Assembly (NCBI GenBank): GCA_964507625.1
Contig: CAZDPR010000001.1
Location: 5,012 to 69,011 of the forward strand
Direction of reading: 5' to 3'
From: an uncultured Candidatus Saccharibacteria bacterium
GTDB taxonomy: Bacteria; Patescibacteriota; Minisyncoccia; Phycocordibacterales; UBA1006
DNA: 64,000 nt
Notes under the pieces: generated by a model
Database searches by the model: none
Seen by the model: the letters and a program-made list of their open reading frames with translations, nothing else
What the model was told of the DNA's origin: nothing
Translations under genes and position numbers: made by a program
Part shown: piece by piece, positions 48,874 through 57,320 of the stretch
How positions within the stretch are numbered: position 1 is the first letter of the stretch
How the letters are laid out: each line of letters opens with the position of its first letter

Positions 48874-50364
48874 TTATTTATTAGCTTTCTTGGCAACATT
48901 ATGTTTCATGTGTAACTTGGTAATTTCTTGATTATCAATTTGTTCTTTGGTTTCCTTCCCTTTTTCTCCTAATGTACGAAGAATTGTATCATCTAGCTCA
49001 TTAAGATCTTTTACTCGTTCTGTTAATGTTTCCAGGGTGTTTTTTGTGGGGTCTTCCAAAACCTCTTCGAGTAATGCATGTAATATCCACCCCATGCGTG
49101 GCCCTGGTTTCATGTGTAACGTATGGAGTAAATAGTTCCCATCAATAGCGAGCTGTTTTACACTGATCGGATCACGCAAACATTCCTCAATCATGGCAAA
49201 ATATTTACGCAGACGATAGGGTGCCTCTGTTTTAGACATTCCAACACGGTCACATTCACGGACTTTCATGAGATCCCAAATATATTCCTTACCGACATTT
49301 TGAATCATTCTCCGCACAGCAGACAATGTGATTTGTTCTGTGTCGCTAAAAAACATATGCCAACGGACAAACATAACAACGATTTCAATGTCCTTTTTAG
49401 GAAATTTTAATCTTTCAAGGACTTTCTGGGTTATTCGTGCACCAACTACCTCATGTCCGTAAAAAGTATATGCTTTTTTATTTCCAGGCCTACGTGTTTT
49501 TGGTTTTCCGATATCGTGGAACAACGCTGCCAGTTTCACATGAAACGGATAGTCTTTATCTGCAGCATGCTGTAATGCATATACCAAATGGTCAAAAACA
49601 TCGTATTTATGGACTCCTCCTTGTTCACAATTAATTCCAGGAACGAATTCAGGGAGAATTATCTCCAGTACCCCTAATTGTTTCATGAGAAACATTCCAA
49701 TACCAGGATTTTTAGAATCTATTATTTTAATAAACTCATCCCTAATCCGCTCTATTGATATATTTTTCAATAAATCTTTGGTTTCTGATATTGCGGATAG
49801 GGTTTCATATGAAACAGGTAGGTTTAACTGAGCTGAAAAGCGGATAGCACGCATAATACGGAGTGCATCCTCTGAAAAACGTTCCACAGGATTACCAACC
49901 GATTCAATAATTCCCTTTTCTAATGATTGTTTCCCATGAAACGGATCAATAAACTCATATGTTTCAGGATTTAACGCAATTGCATTCATGGTGAAATCTC
50001 GACGAGAAAGGTCATCAATGATGTTTTTACTAAAAGACACAGAATCAGGATGTCTGTTATCAGAGTAATTACCTTCTGTCCGATATGGGGTCACCTGGAT
50101 TTCTCGCACAGTACTGGTGAGATCTTCATCTTCAAAAACAACAGAAACTGTTCCAAATTGGTTTTCGTACACCACCTTGAGATCGTCTAATTCAAATATG
50201 GGGATCATTTCCTCTGGGATTGCATTTGTTGTAATATCCCAATCTTTGGGTTCACGTGAAACGATAATGTCGCGTACACAACCTCCTACTAGGTACGCCT
50301 CAAAACCCGCTTTGGCAAGCAAGTTCGTTACACGGGAAACATTGTGAGGAATACGCGCATTCAT
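48874..50364 (-). CDS. cca: CCA-adding tRNA nucleotidyltransferase with HD domain
   Basis: YLVGGCVRD, DWDITT, DLSRRDFTMNA, EDALRIMRAIRF, LFHDIGK. Confidence 0.93.
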   Translation of the reverse strand: MNARIPHNVSRVTNLLAKAGFEAYLVGGCVRDIIVSREPKDWDITTNAIPEEMIPIFELDDLKVVYENQFGTVSVVFEDEDLTSTVREIQVTPYRTEGNYSDNRHPDSVSFSKNIIDDLSRRDFTMNAIALNPETYEFIDPFHGKQSLEKGIIESVGNPVERFSEDALRIMRAIRFSAQLNLPVSYETLSAISETKDLLKNISIERIRDEFIKIIDSKNPGIGMFLMKQLGVLEIILPEFVPGINCEQGGVHKYDVFDHLVYALQHAADKDYPFHVKLAALFHDIGKPKTRRPGNKKAYTFYGHEVVGARITQKVLERLKFPKKDIEIVVMFVRWHMFFSDTEQITLSAVRRMIQNVGKEYIWDLMKVRECDRVGMSKTEAPYRLRKYFAMIEECLRDPISVKQLAIDGNYLLHTLHMKPGPRMGWILHALLEEVLEDPTKNTLETLTERVKDLNELDDTILRTLGEKGKETKEQIDNQEITKLHMKHNVAKKANK

Positions 50365-50372
50365 ATAGTTTA

Positions 50373-50660
50373 TTATTGATCACTTGATACATCTTTTGCA
50401 TCAGATTTTATATCACTTGTTTCATGTGGAACATTAAAATCTTCATGATGATTATTTGTTTCACGTGAAACTTGCTCTTGTTTTTTTGGAATAATAGCCC
50501 AACAAATAATATAGAACAGTATTCCAGGTAGATTAAAGATTAATGTAATTAATACATAAGCCAGTCGTACCAATGTCGGATCTTTTTCAATATGTTCAGC
50601 AAAACCACCTAAAACACCACCAAGTATTTTTTCTTGATTTGATCGATATAGTTTTTTCAT
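50373..50660 (-). CDS. PspC domain protein
   Basis: MKKLYRS...ILGGVLGGFAE...DPTLVRL...YIICWAIIP. Confidence 0.9.
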   Translation of the reverse strand: MKKLYRSNQEKILGGVLGGFAEHIEKDPTLVRLAYVLITLIFNLPGILFYIICWAIIPKKQEQVSRETNNHHEDFNVPHETSDIKSDAKDVSSDQ

Positions 50661-50727
50661 AAGTATTATGGCAAGTTCTTTAGTTTCTTGCTCATTATTA
50701 GTATACAACATTCTTAAAGAATTTATG

Positions 50728-50799
50728 TGCACCTACCAGGACTCGAACCTAGAATAACAGTTCCGAAGACTGCTGTGATATCCATTTCACCATAGGTGC
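50728..50799 (-). tRNA. tRNA-Arg(TCG)
   Basis: Reverse complement GCACCTATGGTGAAATGGATATCACA-GCAGT-CTTCGGA-ACTGT...GGTTCGAGTCC...TAGGTGCA. Confidence 0.92.
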
Positions 50800-50872
50800 T
50801 TTTTAATTATTCGAACTTAGTAAAAATAGCATATATTTTACATTAAATCAAGTTATATTCATTATTAGCTAG

Positions 50873-50943
50873 TGCAAGCAGAGGGAATCGAACCCTCGAC
50901 TTCTCCTTGGCAAGGAGATATTTTACCACTAAACCATGCCTGC
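50873..50943 (-). tRNA. tRNA-Gly(GCC)
   Basis: Reverse complement GCAGGCATGGTTTAGTGGTAAAATA-TCTCC-TTGCCAA-GGAGA...GGTTCGATTCC...TGCTTGCA. Confidence 0.93.
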
Positions 50944-51000
50944 GATAAATCGAGTATATCATAAGGACTTTATTTTTGAACAGATAAGTTAATAAAGGAC

Positions 51001-51340
51001 TTATACACAAATTCCCCAAGTTATCCACATATTGTGTAAGACAAGAATAAAAAAATCAGGAACAATTTTGTCAAAAAATTATTGACATATAATAATTTTA
51101 TTATTTTTAAATCAAAAATAGCCTTTATTTTTATTAAAAATGTGGATAAACCTGTGGTATATGTTTATAACCGACAAGTCAATATTGTCTATTGTTAAAA
51201 AAATTGTGTCTCACAATAGTCTTATATAAAATTTTTTTATCAAAATATTCATATAAAATAAGCTTATTTTGAATAAAAACTTTTTATCAGACAAAAAAAT
51301 AATATTGTGGATATTAATATGTTTCACGTGAAACATATTA
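51001..51340. promoter_or_regulatory. Second DnaA-box cluster in an AT-rich intergenic region, ending in a perfect parS
   Basis: TTATACACA (51001), TTATCCACA (~51022), TGTGGATAA (~51141), TGTGGATAT (~51306); parS 51320-51335. Confidence 0.65.
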
Positions 51341-51393
51341 ATTTTATTAAACTAATAAAAATTTGAACTAAAATATATTATAATAAACCTGCT

Positions 51394-51843
51394 ATGAAAC
51401 GCTTTACTACAGGAAAACAAAAAATTGGTGAATTAGGTGAAACGTTTGCGCAGAATTTTTTAGTTGAACAAGGGTATGTAACTATTCAGAGAAACTTTAA
51501 TTGTCGTTTTGGTGAAATTGACTTGATTATGAAAAAGGGAAGTCGGTTACATTTTATTGAAGTAAAGACAGTAGTACAAAAAAGTGCTACTGACCTGGTA
51601 GTAAACTCGCAAATGTCTTTGAGTAACCGAGAGTTATTTATTAAAGAATATCGATCACTTACTAATCCTTTTGAAAATATTTCGTTTCGCAAGAAAAAGA
51701 AGCTCATAAAAACAGTAAGGTATTATTATTTAGTGAATAAAAAAATACCAGAAAATTTTTCCATTGATGGCATTGGAATTATTTTAAATAAAAATAATGA
51801 AGTCACTGATTGTAAAGTTATCCACAATATCATTATTCAATAG
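51394..51843 (+). CDS. YraN family (UPF0102) PD-(D/E)xK nuclease
   Basis: IGELGE, RNFNCRFGEIDLI, FIEVK. Confidence 0.9.
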   Translation: MKRFTTGKQKIGELGETFAQNFLVEQGYVTIQRNFNCRFGEIDLIMKKGSRLHFIEVKTVVQKSATDLVVNSQMSLSNRELFIKEYRSLTNPFENISFRKKKKLIKTVRYYYLVNKKIPENFSIDGIGIILNKNNEVTDCKVIHNIIIQ

Positions 51844-51884
51844 TATAGGGAATATGAATATTTACTTTATAATAGTAAGTATCT

Positions 51885-54800
51885 ATGTCTAACGCTAATA
51901 CATTTGGAACAATTGGAAGTAAAAAAGTAAACACTGTTTCGATAGAAAAAGTTGTACCTCAATCAAATTCAAAAAATCCCAACCTTGATTTTATTAAAGG
52001 TCGCCCACCAGTGGATTCGCTCGCAGCAAAAATGAAAATTATTCCTGAGGGACAGACGGAGGCTGATCATGTTTCAAAAGATATAGAATCAAAAAATACA
52101 GTTGACCTTACTTTTGGGTCCACAAAAATTGGTCAAGAGCCTCCACAGCATATTTTAATGTTGTTAAAAAAATTAAATATACCATTTTCTATTGATAAAA
52201 ATTATATTCAACATACTCCAAACGAAACATTTTTTACAGTCTTTGAACCTGGTTCTAATAGAAAAATAATGATTGATTTAAAAAATCAAGATATAGTAAC
52301 CTCTTTTGATAGTTCTCAATTTACGAAATTTTTTGAAAATAAATCTATTTCTAATTCTGAGCTTAAGGATGATGAGGAAATAAAAAATCCTTTTGCTAAT
52401 ATAGTCGAAGGTTTTTCACCTGATAATTTAAAAAAAATATACGGAGAACAAGAAGGAGTTTCTAATGGGGAAGAAAAAACAGTAAAAACTATTGAAGATC
52501 GAATTAAAGAAATTGATGCAGAGTTCCGTTCGATTATGACAAAGTCAGATGATGCTTCAAAATTACGAAGACTTGAATTAACACGAGAAAAAACAAAATT
52601 AACACGGGAAAAAAATAAAATTAAGGAAATAGATACTGAAGATCAGAAGATTGAAAAAGATTGGTCGTTCGGTAAAAAGTTTATTGAAGGCAAAAAAGAA
52701 CCCGTTTCTTCTGATGATGCAATTCGTCAAGAATATCAAGAGTTAAGTAATAAGGTGAGCGCAGAAGGGTATACAGAACAAGAACGTGAAGCATTCCTTG
52801 AAAAAGGAATTGCAATTGAAAAAGTTTTAACTAATTTAAAACAAGAAAAAATAGCAAGTCCTGTAGTGACATTAGAAAATAAAATTGGGAATACTACTGG
52901 TCTCATAGACCTTTTCAAAGTAATTGAGCAGTCAAATGGCATTCGTCGTGGAGAAGATTTCTTTACTCCAGGAGAAATAAGGGAACGCATTGTTAAATTC
53001 TTACAGAGTAATGGTGATATTCGAGATATACCAGAAACTGATGGTTTGAGGAAAAAAGTTCTTGAAATTAAAAAAAATCGCGAACAAGAAAATATGTTAC
53101 TTGAAATGGATGGTGCTTCAGAATTAAAATCAGACAATGTCATACCCGTAGCCCTTGAACAAGGGTTAGAAAGTGTTACTGTTAAAAATGTCTTACCAGA
53201 TGATGTTTTTTTGGATGAGCCTGTACTCATCGCACAAGAACAAAACAAAAAAAGGCTTGAGCAAGAAGCGTTAGAACTACAAAAACAAGATCAGCAAAGA
53301 ATAAAAATGGAAATGCTGAAAAATAATCTTAATGCAGCACGTGCTGAATACGCAAAACAACAAGGTGAATACAATAAACGTTCTTACATCGATCGGTTTA
53401 GTGCAAAAGTTGCTAATATTTTTGGAAACAATTCAGAAGTAACCCGAGAAAAATTCAACGCACAAAACGCTTATGAATCTGCAAAACAGGCATATCTCCA
53501 GGAAATGGCGCAACAGAAAAAACCAGTAACTGAAATTATTGGTTTCATACAACAAGAGCAGGTGACTTTTGCAGAATCAATGCCGCTCAAGCGTCGACAA
53601 CAATTGGCAAGGTTTGCTGGTAAATTAGGGATGGGGGCGCTATCAACAGTTGCAACCACTGTCGGTACTGTTGCAAATTCTTATACTCAAGCTACTGAAT
53701 CAGCATTGAAAACAATTGGTTTGAGTGAAGCATCTGCAAAAACTGCTTCAAAATGGATTGGTCGTGGACTCCTTGCTACTACGTTTGGATTAGTGTCAGG
53801 AGGGGGAGGTATTGTCGCAACAGCTGGAAATGTTGCGGTTCGCATGGCTGGCGCAGAACTCGCTGATTGGGCAGTACTCAAAAGAGTATTTGGGAATGAT
53901 ACGGAAGCAAAAGTTTTGGAAAAAACGGTAGAAAAATTTGCAGAAACCGATCTTACCAATGCAAAAAACTTGGCAACGCTTGAACGTAAAGTGAAAAATG
54001 CTAAAAAAACGAGCACATTAAACAGGTTTATGCGTGGTGCGTTAAAAATTGGCGCAGGAATGGGAACCGGGGCTGCAGTAAATGCAATTGATGCAGCGTA
54101 CTTTACACCACAGGTGGAAGTCCCTCAAACACCCAATGATATGCAAATTGGAAAAATAGAAGAAGATATTGGTATCCGGCCAGAGGCTACTCCAGGGACA
54201 GGAGTTGAAAATCTTTCATCTGATGCACTGGTAAGAACTGGGGAAGGGGTTACTCATCCAATTTTACGACAACTCCAAGCTGACCCCGAGCTTGCAAAAG
54301 CGTTCGGTGTTGAAGGTACTCCTACCGGAGCTGATGCTGCGCGTGTAGCAAAAGAATTTGGATATATTGACACAAATGGTACAGAAATCCGAGTATTTGA
54401 TGGTAATAATGCTGCATATGAGTTGAAAATTGATAGTAATGGAAACCCTGTAATAAATGAATACAAAAATGGGATTTTTATGGAGTCAAAATCAATTGGG
54501 TCAGCATTTGAAGGTTCTGGTGCTGAGCCTTATGAATACATAGAAAATAAAACTCCTATAACATCATTTAATGCAGGTTCTGCAAATAATTTCCCAGAAC
54601 AGTTTGATCAACCCGCTCCTGGTTATCAACCAGAAGCTACGACAACGCTTGAAAAAATCCAATCTAATATTGTTGGCGGTGGAATAAGTATTCCACAATC
54701 ATTAAATCCATTTATTGATGGCAGTGCTCCGTTTGATCCAAGTAATATAGCTCTTAATAAAATTTTGTTAACAGAAGCTTATCCAAATGCAACTAGTGAT

Positions 54801-54923
54801 CAGTTAATAAAAATGGCAGAGGGTGTAAAAAATCTTTATGCGCAAGGGGTTACGACTCCGCCGGATCAATTATTTAACCAGGCTCAGTCAGTAAAAGTTA
54901 CTCCTGATACACTCTTCAACTAA
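51885..54923 (+). CDS. Large hypothetical protein (coiled coils, Gly/Ala-rich hydrophobic segments, C-terminal domain)
   Basis: 1012 aa uninterrupted ORF; no recognisable catalytic motif. Confidence 0.75.
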   Translation: MSNANTFGTIGSKKVNTVSIEKVVPQSNSKNPNLDFIKGRPPVDSLAAKMKIIPEGQTEADHVSKDIESKNTVDLTFGSTKIGQEPPQHILMLLKKLNIPFSIDKNYIQHTPNETFFTVFEPGSNRKIMIDLKNQDIVTSFDSSQFTKFFENKSISNSELKDDEEIKNPFANIVEGFSPDNLKKIYGEQEGVSNGEEKTVKTIEDRIKEIDAEFRSIMTKSDDASKLRRLELTREKTKLTREKNKIKEIDTEDQKIEKDWSFGKKFIEGKKEPVSSDDAIRQEYQELSNKVSAEGYTEQEREAFLEKGIAIEKVLTNLKQEKIASPVVTLENKIGNTTGLIDLFKVIEQSNGIRRGEDFFTPGEIRERIVKFLQSNGDIRDIPETDGLRKKVLEIKKNREQENMLLEMDGASELKSDNVIPVALEQGLESVTVKNVLPDDVFLDEPVLIAQEQNKKRLEQEALELQKQDQQRIKMEMLKNNLNAARAEYAKQQGEYNKRSYIDRFSAKVANIFGNNSEVTREKFNAQNAYESAKQAYLQEMAQQKKPVTEIIGFIQQEQVTFAESMPLKRRQQLARFAGKLGMGALSTVATTVGTVANSYTQATESALKTIGLSEASAKTASKWIGRGLLATTFGLVSGGGGIVATAGNVAVRMAGAELADWAVLKRVFGNDTEAKVLEKTVEKFAETDLTNAKNLATLERKVKNAKKTSTLNRFMRGALKIGAGMGTGAAVNAIDAAYFTPQVEVPQTPNDMQIGKIEEDIGIRPEATPGTGVENLSSDALVRTGEGVTHPILRQLQADPELAKAFGVEGTPTGADAARVAKEFGYIDTNGTEIRVFDGNNAAYELKIDSNGNPVINEYKNGIFMESKSIGSAFEGSGAEPYEYIENKTPITSFNAGSANNFPEQFDQPAPGYQPEATTTLEKIQSNIVGGGISIPQSLNPFIDGSAPFDPSNIALNKILLTEAYPNATSDQLIKMAEGVKNLYAQGVTTPPDQLFNQAQSVKVTPDTLFN

Positions 54924-54958
54924 TAGGTCGAAGTTATATTTTTAATTATATATATTTT

Positions 54959-55303
54959 ATGGATGCACAAAAATTTCATGAGACGCTTGTTCAAGAATTT
55001 AATCTCCAAGCGTACTCACCACAAGAGCAAGCACAATATATCGATCAGTTGGGCGAATTAGTACTCCAAGGGGTATTACTCAAAGCGTTTTCTGCTATTT
55101 CAGATGAACAAGCTGATCAAATGGAAAAATCTATGGAACAGGGAATGGAGCCTGAACAGATGATGAGCATGCTCCAATCAATGATCCCAGGGTTTGCAGA
55201 ATTGGTTCGAGACGAGGTGATGCAAGTAAAACAAGATCTTGCCACCGGGACCAATTCATCAGACGTTACACCTTCAACAAATTCTGATTCTATTTTTGGA
55301 TAA
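54959..55303 (+). CDS. Conserved CPR acidic protein (DUF5663-like)
   Basis: EFNLQAYSPQEQAQYIDQLGELVLQ...IPGFAELVRDEV. Confidence 0.65.
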   Translation: MDAQKFHETLVQEFNLQAYSPQEQAQYIDQLGELVLQGVLLKAFSAISDEQADQMEKSMEQGMEPEQMMSMLQSMIPGFAELVRDEVMQVKQDLATGTNSSDVTPSTNSDSIFG

Positions 55304-55374
55304 TAAAAAAGAGCATTCGAGACATGCTCTTTTTTGTATAAAAAACATAATGTTCCTGTGATATACTTTATTAT

Positions 55375-57297
55375 ATGAATTTTGATTATTTAAATGATTT
55401 AAACAATGAACAGCGAAAAGCGGTAATGCATACAGCAGGACCGCTTTTAATTGTTGCTGGTGCAGGAACTGGAAAAACAAAAACATTAACCTATCGAATT
55501 ATGCATTTAATAGAACAAGGGGTAGATGCGCATGCAATTTTAGCAATTACTTTTACCAATAAAGCAGCTAATGAAATGAGGGAACGATTACGTCATATGC
55601 TCGGCGAACACAGAACTATGCCAATGATGAAAACTTTTCACGGACTCGGAGTGTATATACTGCGTAGGTTTTATCAAGAAGTGGGAATTCGCAAAGAGTT
55701 TGCTATTCTTGATACTCAGGACACAATGAAATTAATTAAAGAATGCATGGAAGAATTATCGATTGACCCCAAAAAATATGACCCACGAACCATCCGTACT
55801 ATTATTAGTAATGCAAAAAATGCAGGAAAATCAGTTTTTGATTTTGAATCAGAAATACACAACGAAACATCGAATTTTGCTTTACAAATTTGGAAACTTT
55901 TTGAAACCAAGAAAAAAGCAGAACACGCACTTGATTTTGATGATTTATTAATAAAAACACGCGATGTTTTAAAAAATAATGCATTGGTACGCGAAACATT
56001 GCAAAAACAATTCCAGTATATTCATATTGATGAGTATCAGGACACCAATCAGGTACAATATGAAATTGCAAAAATTTTGGCGGCAGATGATCACAATATT
56101 TGCGCAGTGGGCGATACTGATCAAAATATCTACAGTTGGCGTGGAGCAAATATTAAAAATATGCTCAATTTTGAAAAAGATTTTCCTGGAACCATTACTA
56201 TTATGCTCGAACAAAACTATCGTTCGTCAGGAAATATTTTATCTGTAGCTGATGCGATTATTACCAAAAACACTGCTCGTATTGAAAAAACATTGCGCAC
56301 AGAAAAATCAGCAGGTGAAAAAATTGCAGTATATATAGGACTGAACGAGTCCCATGAAGGAAACTTGATTGCAGGTGAAATCAAGCAAATCTTATCCCAT
56401 GGAGTTCCAGCAAACGAAATTGCAATATTATTCCGAACACATTTTCAATCACGAGTATTAGAAGAATCGTGTTTGAAAAATGATATTCCGTACCACGTAT
56501 TGGGGGTAAAATTCTTTGATCGTAAAGAAATCAAGGATCTTGTCTCGTATATTCGTGCAAGCGTTAATCCAGACAGTTTAACTGACGTAAAGCGAGTTAT
56601 TAATGAACCTAAAAGAGGTATTGGAAAGGTAGCTTTAGCAAAAATTTTTGCAAACCAGGCGAATGATCTTTCGGGGGCCGCAGCACAAGGGTATCGAGAC
56701 TTTCAAATGATATTGCACGATATTCGTACCAGTGCTTCAGAAAAAATACCATCAGAGGTAGTGCGATTTGCAATAGACCGATCTGGAATGAAATATGCTT
56801 ATATGAATGGTCCAGCAGATGAACAGGAGCGGTTAGAAACGATGGAGGAATTGGTAACCTATGCGCTTCGTTATGATGAATTACCAATTGGAGATGGAAT
56901 ATTGCAAATGCTTGAAGATATTGCATTATTATCAGAACAGGACAATATCAGAGATGATCGACCTGCGGTAAAGTTAATGACCGTGCATGCTGCAAAAGGG
57001 CTCGAGTTTAATTATGTATTTGTATCAGGAATGGAGCAGGGATTATTCCCTCATGCAGGATATGACCAGAAAAAAGGTAAGGAAGAGCAAGAAGAAGAGC
57101 GTCGTCTGTTTTATGTAGCAGTAACCCGAGCCCGGGAACAGCTGTATCTGTCCTATGCATATTCTCGAACCGTATACGGACAACAGAATTTTAATGCTCC
57201 GAGTGAATTTTTAGCCGATATTCCGGATACTTTGTTGGAATATCAAGAAACGGATGCACCAGAAGAACCCTTAAAAACCGTGTATTTGGAGTGGTAA
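55375..57297 (+). CDS. pcrA: ATP-dependent DNA helicase PcrA/UvrD
   Basis: AGAGTGKT, TFTNKAA, DEYQD, LEQNYRS, MTVHAAKGLEF, EERRLFYVAVTRA. Confidence 0.95.
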   Translation: MNFDYLNDLNNEQRKAVMHTAGPLLIVAGAGTGKTKTLTYRIMHLIEQGVDAHAILAITFTNKAANEMRERLRHMLGEHRTMPMMKTFHGLGVYILRRFYQEVGIRKEFAILDTQDTMKLIKECMEELSIDPKKYDPRTIRTIISNAKNAGKSVFDFESEIHNETSNFALQIWKLFETKKKAEHALDFDDLLIKTRDVLKNNALVRETLQKQFQYIHIDEYQDTNQVQYEIAKILAADDHNICAVGDTDQNIYSWRGANIKNMLNFEKDFPGTITIMLEQNYRSSGNILSVADAIITKNTARIEKTLRTEKSAGEKIAVYIGLNESHEGNLIAGEIKQILSHGVPANEIAILFRTHFQSRVLEESCLKNDIPYHVLGVKFFDRKEIKDLVSYIRASVNPDSLTDVKRVINEPKRGIGKVALAKIFANQANDLSGAAAQGYRDFQMILHDIRTSASEKIPSEVVRFAIDRSGMKYAYMNGPADEQERLETMEELVTYALRYDELPIGDGILQMLEDIALLSEQDNIRDDRPAVKLMTVHAAKGLEFNYVFVSGMEQGLFPHAGYDQKKGKEEQEEERRLFYVAVTRAREQLYLSYAYSRTVYGQQNFNAPSEFLADIPDTLLEYQETDAPEEPLKTVYLEW

Positions 57298-57320
57298 ATT
57301 TTTTATAGTATACTAGATTT

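Larger units (their letters stand above)
48811..51335. promoter_or_regulatory. Cluster of 12 parS-like sites (ParB/Spo0J boxes)
   Basis: 16-mers resembling TGTTTCACGTGAAACA at 48811, 48857, 48902, 49106, 49532, 49801, 49928, 50248, 50326, 50418, 50457, and a perfect copy at 51320. Confidence 0.88.

Noticed and set aside
48811-51335. Recurrent GTTTCA...TGAAAC palindromes as CRISPR repeats
   Set aside because: Irregular spacing, 16-bp length, location inside genes and no cas genes; they match parS
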